From Spirochaetota bacterium (GTDB taxonomy: Bacteria; Spirochaetota; UBA4802; UBA5550): a DNA stretch of 64,000 nucleotides. The stretch is taken from assembly GCA_035403545.1 (NCBI GenBank), contig DAONFJ010000011.1, positions 135 to 64,134 of the forward strand, in the 5' to 3' direction. The position numbers and the translations under genes are program-made. Under the pieces are notes generated by a model. That model worked only from the letters and a program-made list of their open reading frames with translations, was not told where the DNA came from and made no database searches. Positions 63,726 through 64,000 of the stretch are shown here, one piece after another; the stretch's first letter is position 1; each line of letters opens with the position of its first letter.

Positions 63726-64000
63726 TTAGCACTCCAGCATTCCTGAAAAGTGTAACAATATCACTTTTGAGTTCTTCAAAACTCATCATTTCATTTCCCA
63801 AGCCGGGCTTTATTATTATTGAAAATCCATCATTCATTTGCACAATTAACTCACTGCAAACAGCTCTGATACGTCTCTTTATCCAGTTTCTTTTATTAGC
63901 TTTCCCTAATTTTTTGCCTACCGCAATTCCTATCTTTATATCACTGGAAGCTGATTCATTCTTACTTTTATCAATGGCGCTGTTTTTTAAAACAAAAATA
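63712..64000 (-). CDS. rnpA: Ribonuclease P protein component (N-terminus beyond the window edge)
   Basis: Absent from the ORF track because it is edge-truncated. The reverse frame reads ..[75 protein letters not shown], which includes the RNR/KRR basic motif. The TAA stop at 63712-63714 overlaps the yidD start. Confidence 0.8.
   Translation of the reverse strand, partial: IFVLKNSAIDKSKNESASSDIKIGIAVGKKLGKANKRNWIKRRIRAVCSELIVQMNDGFSIIIKPGLGNEMMSFEELKSDIVTLFRNAGVLNGSS

Noticed and set aside
1-64000. CRISPR arrays, IS elements, integrases, prophage or toxin-antitoxin/defence islands
   Set aside because: I saw no regularly spaced repeats and no transposase, recombinase or phage-like ORFs. Gene content and density look like conserved core chromosome.

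Overview
AT-rich (high-30s % GC by eye) chromosomal window from a spirochaete, probably a Leptospira-like lineage. The left edge is a truncated FlaB core flagellin and the right edge is the origin-proximal rnpA-yidD-yidC-jag-mnmE cluster. I support about 60 densely packed protein-coding genes. Many are housekeeping: PBP1A, gatC, GT35 alpha-glucan phosphorylase, pgsA/pgpA, a livJHMGF-type ABC transporter, an acyl-CoA ligase and a bactofilin. RNA-modification and RNA-repair enzymes are unusually concentrated: selU, queF, rimO, an RluA-family synthase, a THUMP methylase, an RlmD/TrmA-family methylase, a U32/RlhA-like protein, dus, mnmE and thpR. Signalling proteins are also numerous: three histidine-kinase-type proteins, an HD-GYP protein, a degenerate GGDEF protein and two STAS proteins. 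I found no rRNA, tRNA, CRISPR array, transposase, integrase or phage genes, so this reads as core chromosome rather than an island. The items most worth follow-up are: (1) a translationally coupled trio of a STAS protein, a mini-lipoprotein with twin C-x3-C-x6-C-x3-C motifs and a B12-binding radical SAM enzyme; (2) a PurF paralogue with several glutaminase catalytic residues replaced but the PRTase and Fe-S motifs intact; (3) an 847-aa cytoplasmic protein ending in a degenerate GGDEF domain; (4) an operon of LpoB-like and TPR-like lipoproteins with a pseudo-kinase/receiver protein; (5) GTCATTCC-terminated palindromic intergenic elements, one carrying a G9 tract; (6) short motifs recurring in intergenic DNA (ACTGCAA / CCTTTTTGCAGT and TTCCAGTACT) and a GC-rich structured spacer upstream of the STAS operon. 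All functional calls come from motif recognition by eye and need HMM or BLAST confirmation.
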